Positions 55,562-64,000 of a stretch of 64,000 nucleotides of DNA are shown here, piece by piece (positions within the stretch are counted from its first letter, which is position 1; each line of letters opens with the position of its first letter). The DNA is taken from assembly GCA_036404015.1 (NCBI GenBank), contig DASWPO010000093.1:4165-68164 (forward strand). The letters run 5' to 3'. The position numbers were made by a program, and so were the translations under genes. The DNA comes from Bordetella sp. GTDB lineage: Bacteria > Pseudomonadota > Gammaproteobacteria > Burkholderiales > Burkholderiaceae_B. The notes beneath the pieces are model-generated. The model did no database searches. It had not been told where the DNA came from and worked only from the letters and a program-made list of their open reading frames with translations.

Positions 55562-58548
55562 AGCGGTGATACCTCGTCGGTGATGATGCGCGGCGCACCG
55601 GCCGCGGCATGGTGGTCTGTGGGAGAGTGTTCGTTGGATGCCCGCGCGTGGGCGACTTGTTCGGCCAGTACTTCGGCCAAATGCAGGGCGCGTCGGCCGC
55701 TGAGCTTGCCGATCTGGTTGCGGCAGCTGAATCCGTCGGCGATCAGCGGGGCCTCGCCGGGCACGGCCGCCAGCTTGGGCAGCAATTCCAGTTCACCGAC
55801 GCGGCGCGCCACCTCGGCGGTCTTGGCGTGATAGCCGAAGGCGCCCGCCATGCCGCAGCAGCCGGTGTCGAGCACCTTGGCGCCGAGTTGCTTCTCCGCC
55901 GCCGCGCCGCCGCAGGCGCGATGGTGGCAGTGGGTATGCACGTGGGCCTGTGTTGCGCCGAGCAGGCGCAGACCGGCTTCGCGGGCGAACTCGGCCATTG
56001 TGCGGGTGAGTTTGGTCAGTTGCGCGGCACGTGGGTCGTCGGTCAGCAGCGCCGGCATCTCGTCGCGGAACACGGACAGGCAGCTGGGTTCCAGCACGAG
56101 CACGGGCACGCCAGCGGCGATGGGGGCGGCCAGTTCGTCCAGAATCTGGAGCAGGTTGCCGCGCGCCTGATCGAGCAGGCCCGAGTCGTAGAAGGGCCGG
56201 CCGCAGCAGACGTGCTTGCTGGTCAAGCGGGGCCGGTAGCCGGCGGACTGCACCACGGAAATGGCGGCTTCCAGCACGTCCGGCGTGAAGCCGTTGTTGA
56301 AGGTGTCGGTCCAGACGAGAATGTCGCGCTCGCCGTAGACTTCGCCGCTGGCCCGCTGCAGGCGCTTCGCCGTGGGCGTGCGGCGGAAGGCCTTGCCGGC
56401 GATCTCGGGAAAAGCCGTGTCCGGCGCTAGGCCAAAGACCTTGCCCACGCGGCGCAGCACGGGGCTGCGCATGGCGCCGTTGACCAGACCGCTGACGCGC
56501 GTGGCGGCGGGCAGCCATTGGCCCAGCCGGCCGATCAGGGCGTCCATGGGCGCGCGCAAGCGGTTCTGGTAGTAGCGGTACAGGAACTCGCTGCGGTACT
56601 TGGGGATGTCCACGTGCGTGGGGCAGTCGTTCTTGCAGCCTTTGCACGACAGGCACAGGTCCATGGAGTCCTTGACGGCGCGGGCGTCTTTGTCCTCAGA
56701 AATTACGCCGCCGTTGAGCAGTTCGAAGAACAGGCGCGCCCTGCCGCGCGTGGAATAGCTTTCCTCGCGCGTGGCCTTGAAGCTCGGGCACATGGTGCCG
56801 CCATCGAGCGACCGGCACTTGCCCATGCCGATGCAGCGCTCGGTTTCGCGGCCGTAACCAGTGCCGGGGCCGTCGCCCATGGGGTAGGTGAACAGCCCGC
56901 GGGCGGTCGAGCGATGGTAATCCGGGCCCATGCGCAGATTGGCGTCCACGGGCATGGCGTCGATGAGCTTGCCGGGGTTCATCAGTCCGGCGGGGTCCCA
57001 CAGGGCCTTGAATTCGCGGAAGGCCTGCATCAGGCGCGGCGTGAACATCAGGTGCAGGAACTCGCCCTTGGCCTGGCCGTCGCCGTGCTCGCCCGAAAGC
57101 GAGCCCTGGTATTTGACGACCAGGGCGGCGGCTTCGGCAAGAAAGGCGCGCCAGTCCTGCACACCGCGCTTGGATTGAAGGTCGAAGGTGATGCGGGAGT
57201 GAATGCAGCCGTCGCCGAAATGGCCGTACATATTGGTCTTGTAGCCATAACGTTTGACCAGCGCCGAGAACTCGCGCAAGTACTTGCCCAGCAGGGCAGG
57301 TTCCACGGCTGCGTCTTCCCAGCCGACCGTCGGGTCGGGCCGGCCGGCCACGCGCGACAGGGAGGTGGCCGAGGCGCCGGTTTCACGGAGGGTCCATAGC
57401 CGGTTCATCAGCGCGGCTTCATCCACTAGGCGTGCGCTGGGCCGGCTGGGCAGGCTTTGCGCCACGGAGACGGCGGCGCGCGCCTGGGTCAGTGCCTCGT
57501 TGCGCGAGGCTGCGCCGAATTCCGCCAGCAGCCAGGCATTGCCCTCGGGCAATTCGGCGATATCGTCGAGCTTGAGGCCCAATTCCCTGAGTCCGCCGAT
57601 AATGCCGTGGTCCAGGCCTTCCATGGCGATAGCGCTCAAGGGCAGCAGGTCCGGCACGCTGTCGGCGGCATCGAAGATGGTGTCGAAACCCAGTACTACC
57701 AGCACACGCTCGGGCCGGCCCTCCACCAGGGTAGTTTCGGCGCGCAGCACGGTGGCGCAGGTGCCTTCCGAGCCTACCAGCGCGCGGGCGATGTTGAAAC
57801 CGTTCTCGGGCAGCAACTGGTCCAGGTTGTAGCCGGACACGCGGCGCTTGAGCTTGGGAAAGCCCTGGCGGATGTCGTTGGCATAGCGCTCGGCCAGTTC
57901 CTTCAGGCCGCGCACGATGCGTGCCTGTCCGCCGCCCGCGGTCAAGTGGGCGGCGTATTCGGCGTCATCGGTAGGGCCGACCCAAAAGCGTTCGCCCGAG
58001 AGGGTCAACACTTCCAGGCGCTCGATGTTCTCGACCGTCTTGCCGGCCATGACCGAGTGCGCGCCGCAGGAGTTGTTGCCGATCATGCCGCCCAGCGTGC
58101 AGCGGCTGTGCGTGGCGGGGTCGGGGCCGAAGGTCAGTCCGTGGCCGGCGGCGGCCCTCTTGAGCTGGTCGCAGATGACGCCGGGCTGCACCCGGGCGAC
58201 GCGTCGCTGCGGGTCGATCTGCTCGATGGCGTGTAGGTGCTTGGAGTGGTCGATGCAGACAGCGTCGTTGACTGCTTGCCCGCACATCGAGGTGCCCGCG
58301 CCGCGCGGCAGCACGGCGATGCCCAACTCCCCACAGGCGCGCACCGCAGTCTCCAGGTCTTCCATGCTGCGCGGGATCACCACGCCCAGCGGCGGCTGAC
58401 GGTAGTTGGAGGCCTCCGACGCGTAGAGCGCGCGGCCGGCGGCGTCGAAGCGCAGTTCGGCCGTGGTCTGGGACTGCAGGCGCCGGCGCAGCTGCAGCAG
58501 CCGGTTGAGGTCGGTCTTGGCGCCGCCCGGGGTCAATGCCGTGGACAT
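55558..58548 (-). CDS. FAD-binding and 4Fe-4S oxidoreductase (GlcD/GlcF-type fusion, 2-hydroxy-acid dehydrogenase family)
   Basis: ASNYRQ, PRGAGTSM, GNNSCGAHS, SGEHGDG, CIGMGKC, CLSCKGCKNDCP, GCCGMAGAFG, DGFSCR. Confidence 0.92.
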   Translation of the reverse strand: MSTALTPGGAKTDLNRLLQLRRRLQSQTTAELRFDAAGRALYASEASNYRQPPLGVVIPRSMEDLETAVRACGELGIAVLPRGAGTSMCGQAVNDAVCIDHSKHLHAIEQIDPQRRVARVQPGVICDQLKRAAAGHGLTFGPDPATHSRCTLGGMIGNNSCGAHSVMAGKTVENIERLEVLTLSGERFWVGPTDDAEYAAHLTAGGGQARIVRGLKELAERYANDIRQGFPKLKRRVSGYNLDQLLPENGFNIARALVGSEGTCATVLRAETTLVEGRPERVLVVLGFDTIFDAADSVPDLLPLSAIAMEGLDHGIIGGLRELGLKLDDIAELPEGNAWLLAEFGAASRNEALTQARAAVSVAQSLPSRPSARLVDEAALMNRLWTLRETGASATSLSRVAGRPDPTVGWEDAAVEPALLGKYLREFSALVKRYGYKTNMYGHFGDGCIHSRITFDLQSKRGVQDWRAFLAEAAALVVKYQGSLSGEHGDGQAKGEFLHLMFTPRLMQAFREFKALWDPAGLMNPGKLIDAMPVDANLRMGPDYHRSTARGLFTYPMGDGPGTGYGRETERCIGMGKCRSLDGGTMCPSFKATREESYSTRGRARLFFELLNGGVISEDKDARAVKDSMDLCLSCKGCKNDCPTHVDIPKYRSEFLYRYYQNRLRAPMDALIGRLGQWLPAATRVSGLVNGAMRSPVLRRVGKVFGLAPDTAFPEIAGKAFRRTPTAKRLQRASGEVYGERDILVWTDTFNNGFTPDVLEAAISVVQSAGYRPRLTSKHVCCGRPFYDSGLLDQARGNLLQILDELAAPIAAGVPVLVLEPSCLSVFRDEMPALLTDDPRAAQLTKLTRTMAEFAREAGLRLLGATQAHVHTHCHHRACGGAAAEKQLGAKVLDTGCCGMAGAFGYHAKTAEVARRVGELELLPKLAAVPGEAPLIADGFSCRNQIGKLSGRRALHLAEVLAEQVAHARASNEHSPTDHHAAAGAPRIITDEVSPL

Positions 58549-58555
58549 CTGTTCC

Positions 58556-60037
58556 TCAGTCGAGTTGGCCTTGGCACAGGTACTTGATGTGCATGTATTC
58601 CTGCAGCCCGTGCTGCGAGCCTTCGCGGCCGTAGCCGGAGTCCTTCACGCCGCCGAACGGCGCGGCTTCCGCGGCCAGGGCGCCTTCGTTGATGCCCACG
58701 ATGCCAGTTTCAAGCTCGTCGGCCATGCGCCAGATGCGGCGTACGTCCTGCGAGTAGAAGTACGCGGCCAGGCCGAAGGGCGTAGCGTTGGAAGCTGCGA
58801 TCACGTCGGCTTCGGTGGAGAAGCGCGTGATGGGCGCGACGGGGCCGAAGGTCTCCTCGCAGGAGCAGTCCATGGTCGCTTCCACATGGGTCATCACGGT
58901 GGGAGCGTAGTAATAGGCGCCGGCCTTGCCTTCGGGCGAGATGCGCTTGCCGCCCACCACGATCTCGGCGCCGCGACTGACCGCGTCGTTGACGTGGCGC
59001 TCGATTTTGTCGACGGCGCGGGCATTGATCATTGGACCGATCTGCGAGGCCGGGTCGGTGGCCGGGCCGACCTTCAGGGCGGCAACGCGCGCGGCCAGCT
59101 TCTCGACGAAGGCGTCATGCACGGCGTCCTGGACATAGATGCGGTTTGGGCACACGCAGGTCTGCCCGCCGTTGCGGAACTTGGCGGCCATCATGCCTTC
59201 CACCGCGGCGTCGAGGTCGGCGTCCTCGAAGACGATGAAGGGCGCATTGCCACCCAGCTCCAGCGACAGCTTCTTGAGCGTGTCGGCGGAGCGGCGTGCC
59301 AGGTGCTTGCCGACCGGCGTGGAGCCGGTAAAGGTGATCTTGCGCACCCGGGCGTCGTCCAGCCACACGTCGACCACTTCGCCAGCCTGCTCGCGTGAGG
59401 CCGTGACGATATTGAGCACACCGGGTGGCAAGCCGGCTTCTTCGGCCAGCTTGACCAGCGCCAGCGAGGTCAGCGGCGTGTCTTCGGCTGGCTTGCAGAC
59501 CACCGTGCAGCCGGCGGCCAGGGCCGGGGCGATCTTGCGGGCGATCATCGCGGCTGGGAAGTTCCAGGGTGTGATGGCGGCCACCACGCCCACCGGCTCG
59601 CGCAGGGCGAACATACGGCGGCCGGCCACAGGCGCGGGGATGATTTCGCCGTCGGCGCGCGTGGCTTCCTCGGCGAACCATTCCACATAGCTGGCGGCAT
59701 AGAGCACCTCTCCCTTGCCTTCGGCTAGGGGTTTGCCCTGTTCGCTAGAGATCAGGCGGCCCAGGTCCTCGATTTGCGCGACGATGAGGTCGTTCCAGCG
59801 CTTGATGATCTGCGCGCGCTGCTTGGCGGGCACCTTGCGCCAGGTTTTGAAGGCCGCGTGTGCGGCGTCCAGCGCCGCGCGTGCGTCGGCCGCGCCGCTA
59901 TCGGGTACGCTGGCGAAGACTTCACCGGTGGCCGGGTCGGTGACGGGCAGGGTGCGGCCGCTCCGGGCGGCGTGCCATGCACCGCCGATGCAGTTGAGGC
60001 CGGGGAGAAGATCGGAATTCTGGAAAGTAAAGGGCAT
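58556..60037 (-). CDS. gabD: NAD(P)-dependent succinate-semialdehyde dehydrogenase
   Basis: ITPWNFP, FTGST, LELGGNAP, FRNGGQTCVC, EETFGP, PFGGVKDSGYGREG. Confidence 0.95.
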   Translation of the reverse strand: MPFTFQNSDLLPGLNCIGGAWHAARSGRTLPVTDPATGEVFASVPDSGAADARAALDAAHAAFKTWRKVPAKQRAQIIKRWNDLIVAQIEDLGRLISSEQGKPLAEGKGEVLYAASYVEWFAEEATRADGEIIPAPVAGRRMFALREPVGVVAAITPWNFPAAMIARKIAPALAAGCTVVCKPAEDTPLTSLALVKLAEEAGLPPGVLNIVTASREQAGEVVDVWLDDARVRKITFTGSTPVGKHLARRSADTLKKLSLELGGNAPFIVFEDADLDAAVEGMMAAKFRNGGQTCVCPNRIYVQDAVHDAFVEKLAARVAALKVGPATDPASQIGPMINARAVDKIERHVNDAVSRGAEIVVGGKRISPEGKAGAYYYAPTVMTHVEATMDCSCEETFGPVAPITRFSTEADVIAASNATPFGLAAYFYSQDVRRIWRMADELETGIVGINEGALAAEAAPFGGVKDSGYGREGSQHGLQEYMHIKYLCQGQLD

Positions 60038-60222
60038 GGAATGTTTGTCCTGGGGAGCGCGGCAAATGAGAGAAATTGGATCACGCAAGGCTCGGGATTT
60101 TGTTGCGAATTGCCTCTATCCGAGCGTGGGAACTGCTGTTTTTGAGAGTCATTTCAGTATGGCTTGCCGAATGTGCATGCTGGTCTAGATTAAAATCTTC
60201 GCTTACCCGCAGGCCACCGATC

Positions 60223-60720
60223 ATGTTTCCCACGCCTAAGCTCGACCGCCTTGACTTGCGCATCCTCGTCCAGTTGCAGAAGAACGGGCGCATGACCAAC
60301 GTTGACTTGGCCGAGGCCGTGGGTTTGTCTGCTAGCCCCTGCCTCACGCGCGTTAAACGGCTAGAGGAAGCCGGCTACATCGGTGGCTACAGTGCCAAGA
60401 TCTGCATGGACAAGCTGGGCGACGTTCTGACGGTGTTTACCGAAGTGACCCTGTCCGACCATCGCCGGGAAGACTTCGCCCGTTTCGAGCAGGCTGTGCG
60501 GGATATCGACGAGATCGTCGAATGCCACATGGTCAGCGGCGGCTACGACTATCTGTTGAAGTTCATTACCCGTGGCGTGAATCAATACCAGGAGCTGATG
60601 GAAAGCCTGCTCGAGCGCAATATCGGCATCGAAAAGTACTTCAGCTTTATTGTCATCAAGTCGCCATTCATCAAGACACACTATCCGATCGAGCGACTGT
60701 TCCCGACCGGGTTATCCTGA
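60223..60720 (+). CDS. Lrp/AsnC family transcriptional regulator
   Basis: LDRLDLRIL..LAEAVGLSASPCLTRVKRLE, ECHMVSGGYDYLL; divergent from gabD. Confidence 0.93.
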   Translation: MFPTPKLDRLDLRILVQLQKNGRMTNVDLAEAVGLSASPCLTRVKRLEEAGYIGGYSAKICMDKLGDVLTVFTEVTLSDHRREDFARFEQAVRDIDEIVECHMVSGGYDYLLKFITRGVNQYQELMESLLERNIGIEKYFSFIVIKSPFIKTHYPIERLFPTGLS

Positions 60721-60789
60721 AGGAATCCTTGCTCAGGCAAATACCACGAAGACTTTGCGCAGCGTTTGGAATCGCGCCTTGCTGGAGCG

Positions 60790-62226
60790 TCAGGAAGTTG
60801 TGCCGACGTTTTCTGCTTCGGTGAAGGCGGTTTCCATCAGGCCGGTTGCTGTGTGGCGCTCCAGCGACATGACGAGGTCGATAATCTTTTCTGCTTGATT
60901 GCCCGGCATGAGAGGCCAGAGTGCGTCACGGAACTTGCCTTGCGTTTGCGCCATGTCCGCGATTCCGCGGCGCTCTGAGCCCAGCGGTTCGGAAATGAGG
61001 ATCTCTCGGCTGGATTCTCCGGCAAGTTTGACGACGACTTTGGTGGGAACGGACATGTCGATGCGCCGCAGGGCGTCGCATTCTGGGTCATGATGGATGT
61101 GGATCTTCGAGAAAAGCTTTTGGAGCTCTTCAGAACCGAAATCCGGGGCTCGCAGCGCGGCGTTTACGTCGTTGTGCAATAGCGCTACTGCAATCAGGAA
61201 GCGCACATTGAATTGCGCGTCGACCAGGTTGGCGGGATAGGGCGAGTCCAGTGTGCCGCAAAACTCCTTGAAGGCATAGAGGTCGATGGACTGCAGCTTG
61301 CGCAAGTCGATGGATGGCTTCATCTGGAGTATCGCCTCCAGCGCGGGATGCGACCACCGGCAGCATGCCCAGGGCTTGAATTCGACATGGCGGATGAGCC
61401 AGTCGTCTCCCGGCAGGGCATCCAGGCACTCGGGCCGGAAGCGATCGGATCCATAGATCTTCCAGAATCCGAACTCTTCAGAGAAAAAGTGCTGGTCTCC
61501 AATATAGCCTTGCTTGGCCAGAAAAGCCGACATGACACCAGCCGAGGCGGCGGCTCCATAAGTATTCTTCAACCAAGTGTAGCCACCTTGCGGATTGGTC
61601 CGAACAATCATAGGAACCGGTGCCTGCTGGGCCGCAAGACCGAAACCTTGTATCCATTGATCATGATCCAGTTTCAGCAACGTGCCTGCTGCGACGTAGG
61701 CGCCGAAGATTTGCCAGGTGGCATAGCCGATATCTTTGGAAGGCGCAGCATCGCTGGGGCACAGAGATGCACCGATCCGCAACGATGCCTCGTAGGCCTT
61801 GACGATGGCAAGCAGCATGTCTTGGCCACTTCGCTTTAGTACGTGCGCGCAGGCTAGTGCCGGACCTATGATCGTCGCCCCTGGATGTGAAGGCGCGTAT
61901 CGGTAGCAATCGTCGAAATCGAGGATGTTGGCCGCTTGTGCGTAGAGATTTGCCGCGTCGAAAATCCCTGCTTCGAGGGCCCCTCCGATAGGGACTAGGC
62001 CGGTTTTGTTGGCAGAGTTGAATTCCAGGACGTGACGGTAATCGGCGATGGGCTGAGCATGAAGACCGGCCAGCAAGCAAGCAAGCCCGTCGAGCAAGCA
62101 TTGCTTGCCCGACGTTAGCACGTCGGGCGGGACGTCTTCATACCGGCACCCGTTTAGCCACTCGACCATCGGAGAGAATCCCTCTTGAGCGGCGCTATAC
62201 ATGGGGCTATGAGTCAGAGTGGGCAT
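60790..62226 (-). CDS. MmgE/PrpD family protein
   Basis: CLLDGLACLLAG, LDFDD..SHPG, AYE...RIG, FKPWACCRWSHP, AQFNVRF. Confidence 0.9.
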   Translation of the reverse strand: MPTLTHSPMYSAAQEGFSPMVEWLNGCRYEDVPPDVLTSGKQCLLDGLACLLAGLHAQPIADYRHVLEFNSANKTGLVPIGGALEAGIFDAANLYAQAANILDFDDCYRYAPSHPGATIIGPALACAHVLKRSGQDMLLAIVKAYEASLRIGASLCPSDAAPSKDIGYATWQIFGAYVAAGTLLKLDHDQWIQGFGLAAQQAPVPMIVRTNPQGGYTWLKNTYGAAASAGVMSAFLAKQGYIGDQHFFSEEFGFWKIYGSDRFRPECLDALPGDDWLIRHVEFKPWACCRWSHPALEAILQMKPSIDLRKLQSIDLYAFKEFCGTLDSPYPANLVDAQFNVRFLIAVALLHNDVNAALRAPDFGSEELQKLFSKIHIHHDPECDALRRIDMSVPTKVVVKLAGESSREILISEPLGSERRGIADMAQTQGKFRDALWPLMPGNQAEKIIDLVMSLERHTATGLMETAFTEAENVGTTS

Positions 62227-62443
62227 GTTTTGCTTCAAAAACGGGGGATTGGATGAGGTCGAGCCGCGCCTTGGTCCAAGCCTATGCTGCGGTTAGCACG
62301 GAAGGCCGTATCGGTATGTCCCGTAGAAGAACGAGATGGGCAGACAGTCCAGTCAAATCGGTTTGATGCGTACCTGGGTGTCCGCGCGTATAACGGGCAT
62401 GTTTTGCCGTCGGTTGATTCCCTCCGGCATAGATATTTTCGAC

Positions 62444-62508
62444 AGCCTAAGAGCCGGTATGAGTGAGGTCAAATACGATTTGACGCCGACTTCATGCGTT
62501 TTTGATAT
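62444..62508 (-). promoter_or_regulatory. LysR-type promoter C for the MmgE/PrpD gene
   Basis: Minus strand ATATCAAAAacgcAT-N17-gtat-TTGACC-N17-TAGGCT. Confidence 0.65.
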
Positions 62509-62516
62509 GGGTTGGG

Positions 62517-63401
62517 TTAACCCACGCTTTCCCGCAGGGCTTTGGCAAAAGCCTTGGCCAGCATATTCATAGGGCTGTTGAGCGGGTAAACGAGATAGGT
62601 GGGAAATTCGATGCGGGGAGAAAACGGCAGTATGGCAATGCGCCCCGCATAGTTGCGTGCCACCAGCGGATTGGACACGCTCACACCCATGCCGCAGGAC
62701 ACCATGTGGCAGATGGCTGCCGCGAAGTGTGACTCATAAGCAAGTATGCGTTTTTCTTCCCCATCGATCAGGCACGCCTCATCGATCTGCTTGCGCATGA
62801 CGTCGCTGGATTTCAGCGACAGGAATTTTTCTTCTGCCAGGTCGCGCGGCGTTACGGCACGTTTGCGCGTAGCCAGCCGGTGCTCGAGAGGCGTGATGCA
62901 CACGCCGACGTTGCGCTGCAAGACTTCGTGTTCGATGCTGGTGCTGTTGAAAATTTCGGACGCGATGCCTACGTCGACATAGCCAGTGGCTAGCCATTGG
63001 CAAACGGTTAACGAATCGGTGACCTGCAAGGTGATGTCGACGTCAGGGTAAACCCGCGCAAACAAGCTAATGGCTTGCGGCGCGACTACGATGGCCATCG
63101 ACGGCACCGACGCAATACGCAGCCGGCCCGAGCCACGCTTGCGTATGGTGTCAGCGGCCTCTTCCAGGCCTCGCAAGCCGGCGAACGTATGTTCCACATC
63201 CCGGAAGAAGACCTGGCCTTCGAGCGTCGGCACCAGCTTGCCAGCGTGCCGCTCGAACAGCTTCAGGCTGATGCGCCGTTCCAATTGGCCAATGACCCGG
63301 CTGATGTTGGGTTGGGAAGTGTGCAGGTCCTTAGCCGCTTGTGTCATGGACCCCGACAGCATGACGGCACGAAAGGCCTCTATCTGGCGAAAATTCAGCA
63401 T
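62517..63401 (-). CDS. LysR family regulator, OccR/NocR-like (opine-type subfamily)
   Basis: MLNFRQIEAFRAVMLSGSMTQAA..SQPNISR..LFER; resembles my recollection of the OccR N-terminus. Confidence 0.9.
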   Translation of the reverse strand: MLNFRQIEAFRAVMLSGSMTQAAKDLHTSQPNISRVIGQLERRISLKLFERHAGKLVPTLEGQVFFRDVEHTFAGLRGLEEAADTIRKRGSGRLRIASVPSMAIVVAPQAISLFARVYPDVDITLQVTDSLTVCQWLATGYVDVGIASEIFNSTSIEHEVLQRNVGVCITPLEHRLATRKRAVTPRDLAEEKFLSLKSSDVMRKQIDEACLIDGEEKRILAYESHFAAAICHMVSCGMGVSVSNPLVARNYAGRIAILPFSPRIEFPTYLVYPLNSPMNMLAKAFAKALRESVG

Positions 63402-63413
63402 CAGGACTTGCTC

Positions 63414-63478
63414 ATATCAAAAATGTATACCCTGAGATTATATGTGAATTTGTCATATGGCTGGCAGATTCTTAAACT
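63414..63478 (+). promoter_or_regulatory. LysR-type promoter B for the aldehyde dehydrogenase, overlapping the lysR upstream region
   Basis: ATATCAAAAatgtAT-N17-gaat-TTGTCA-N17-TAAACT, 13 bp from the lysR start. Confidence 0.7.
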
Positions 63479-63555
63479 CTCTTGGAACGATTGGATTATT
63501 TTCATAAAAACGGTCAAGGGGATGCCGCCAGGCATCGGAACCGGGCTCCGAGGAA

Positions 63556-64000
63556 ATGGACATGCTGGATTTTGCTCCGGACGAAATTAAGCTGCCAATG
63601 GGGCATTTCATTGGTGGCAAACTGGTTGGCGGCGGCCCCATGCTGGACGTACTGCGCCCCTCCGACGGCAAGCGGATGGGCGGCATTCCGGATGCGACGC
63701 CAGACGTGGTTGATCAAGCCGTGCGCAACGCGCACGAGGCCTGGCGCGCCAGTGGTTGGGGTGCGTGCCCACCGCGAGAGCGAGCCCGTGTCCTGCTTCG
63801 ATGGGCCGATCTGCTTGACGCTCATGTGGACGAGCTTGCCCGCCTGGAGGCGGTGGGATCCACGCGTCCGATCCGGGAAGCCCATGCCTTCGATGTGCCT
63901 TTTACCTCGGAATGCATCCGGTTCTTCGCCGAGTGTGCAGACAAATTCGGCGGCGACGCCGTGCCGACCAAGCGTGACAGCCTGGGTTTAATCCTGCCTG
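63556..64000 (+). CDS. Aldehyde dehydrogenase (N-terminal part, runs off window)
   Basis: Not in the ORF track; manual translation MDMLDFAPDEIKLPMGHFIGG..RPSDG..VDQAVRNA..PPRERARVLLRWADLL..ELARLE..RFFAECADK; AGGA RBS. Confidence 0.9.
   Translation, partial: MDMLDFAPDEIKLPMGHFIGGKLVGGGPMLDVLRPSDGKRMGGIPDATPDVVDQAVRNAHEAWRASGWGACPPRERARVLLRWADLLDAHVDELARLEAVGSTRPIREAHAFDVPFTSECIRFFAECADKFGGDAVPTKRDSLGLILP

Larger units (their letters stand above)
48360..64000. mobile_element. Putative tRNA-Ala-targeted genomic island (right end outside window)
   Basis: Begins at the truncated tRNA; visibly lower GC in 48.7-54.3 kb and 60.7-63.5 kb; no integrase in window. Confidence 0.5.

Noticed and set aside
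63482-63991. 169-aa ORF from the track
   Set aside because: Wrong frame; the real gene is the aldehyde dehydrogenase starting at 63556 and running off the window

Overview
High-GC betaproteobacterial chromosomal window; multiple orphan Bug/TctC solute receptors and imuA-imuB-dnaE2 suggest Burkholderiales, possibly Alcaligenaceae. It is mostly accessory catabolic and uptake modules: TonB receptor-exbB-exbD-tonB; metQNI plus a cysteine-free flavin monooxygenase; Bug plus two CoA transferases; YdiJ-like dehydrogenase; a TauD / LeuCD-like / lactonase / ICL-family lyase cluster under two paralogous LysRs; and two NtaA-type monooxygenases. An extended SOS locus (imuA-imuB-dnaE2, FAN1-like VRR-NUC nuclease, nuclease-DinG helicase) carries two LexA boxes. 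At ~48.3 kb a 5'-truncated tRNA-Ala(CGC) marks a probable genomic-island border. To its right are a 228-bp, ~92% identical copy of a LysR 3' end and lower-GC DNA. Three promoters there share a LysR box and spacing, suggesting an undescribed OccR-like regulon (peptide-type SBP, hydantoinase/oxoprolinase AB, MmgE/PrpD, aldehyde dehydrogenase) interrupted by a higher-GC gabD-oxidoreductase-gabT block. No CRISPR array, rRNA, intact tRNA, integrase or transposase was seen. All family calls are from motif recognition, not database searches.
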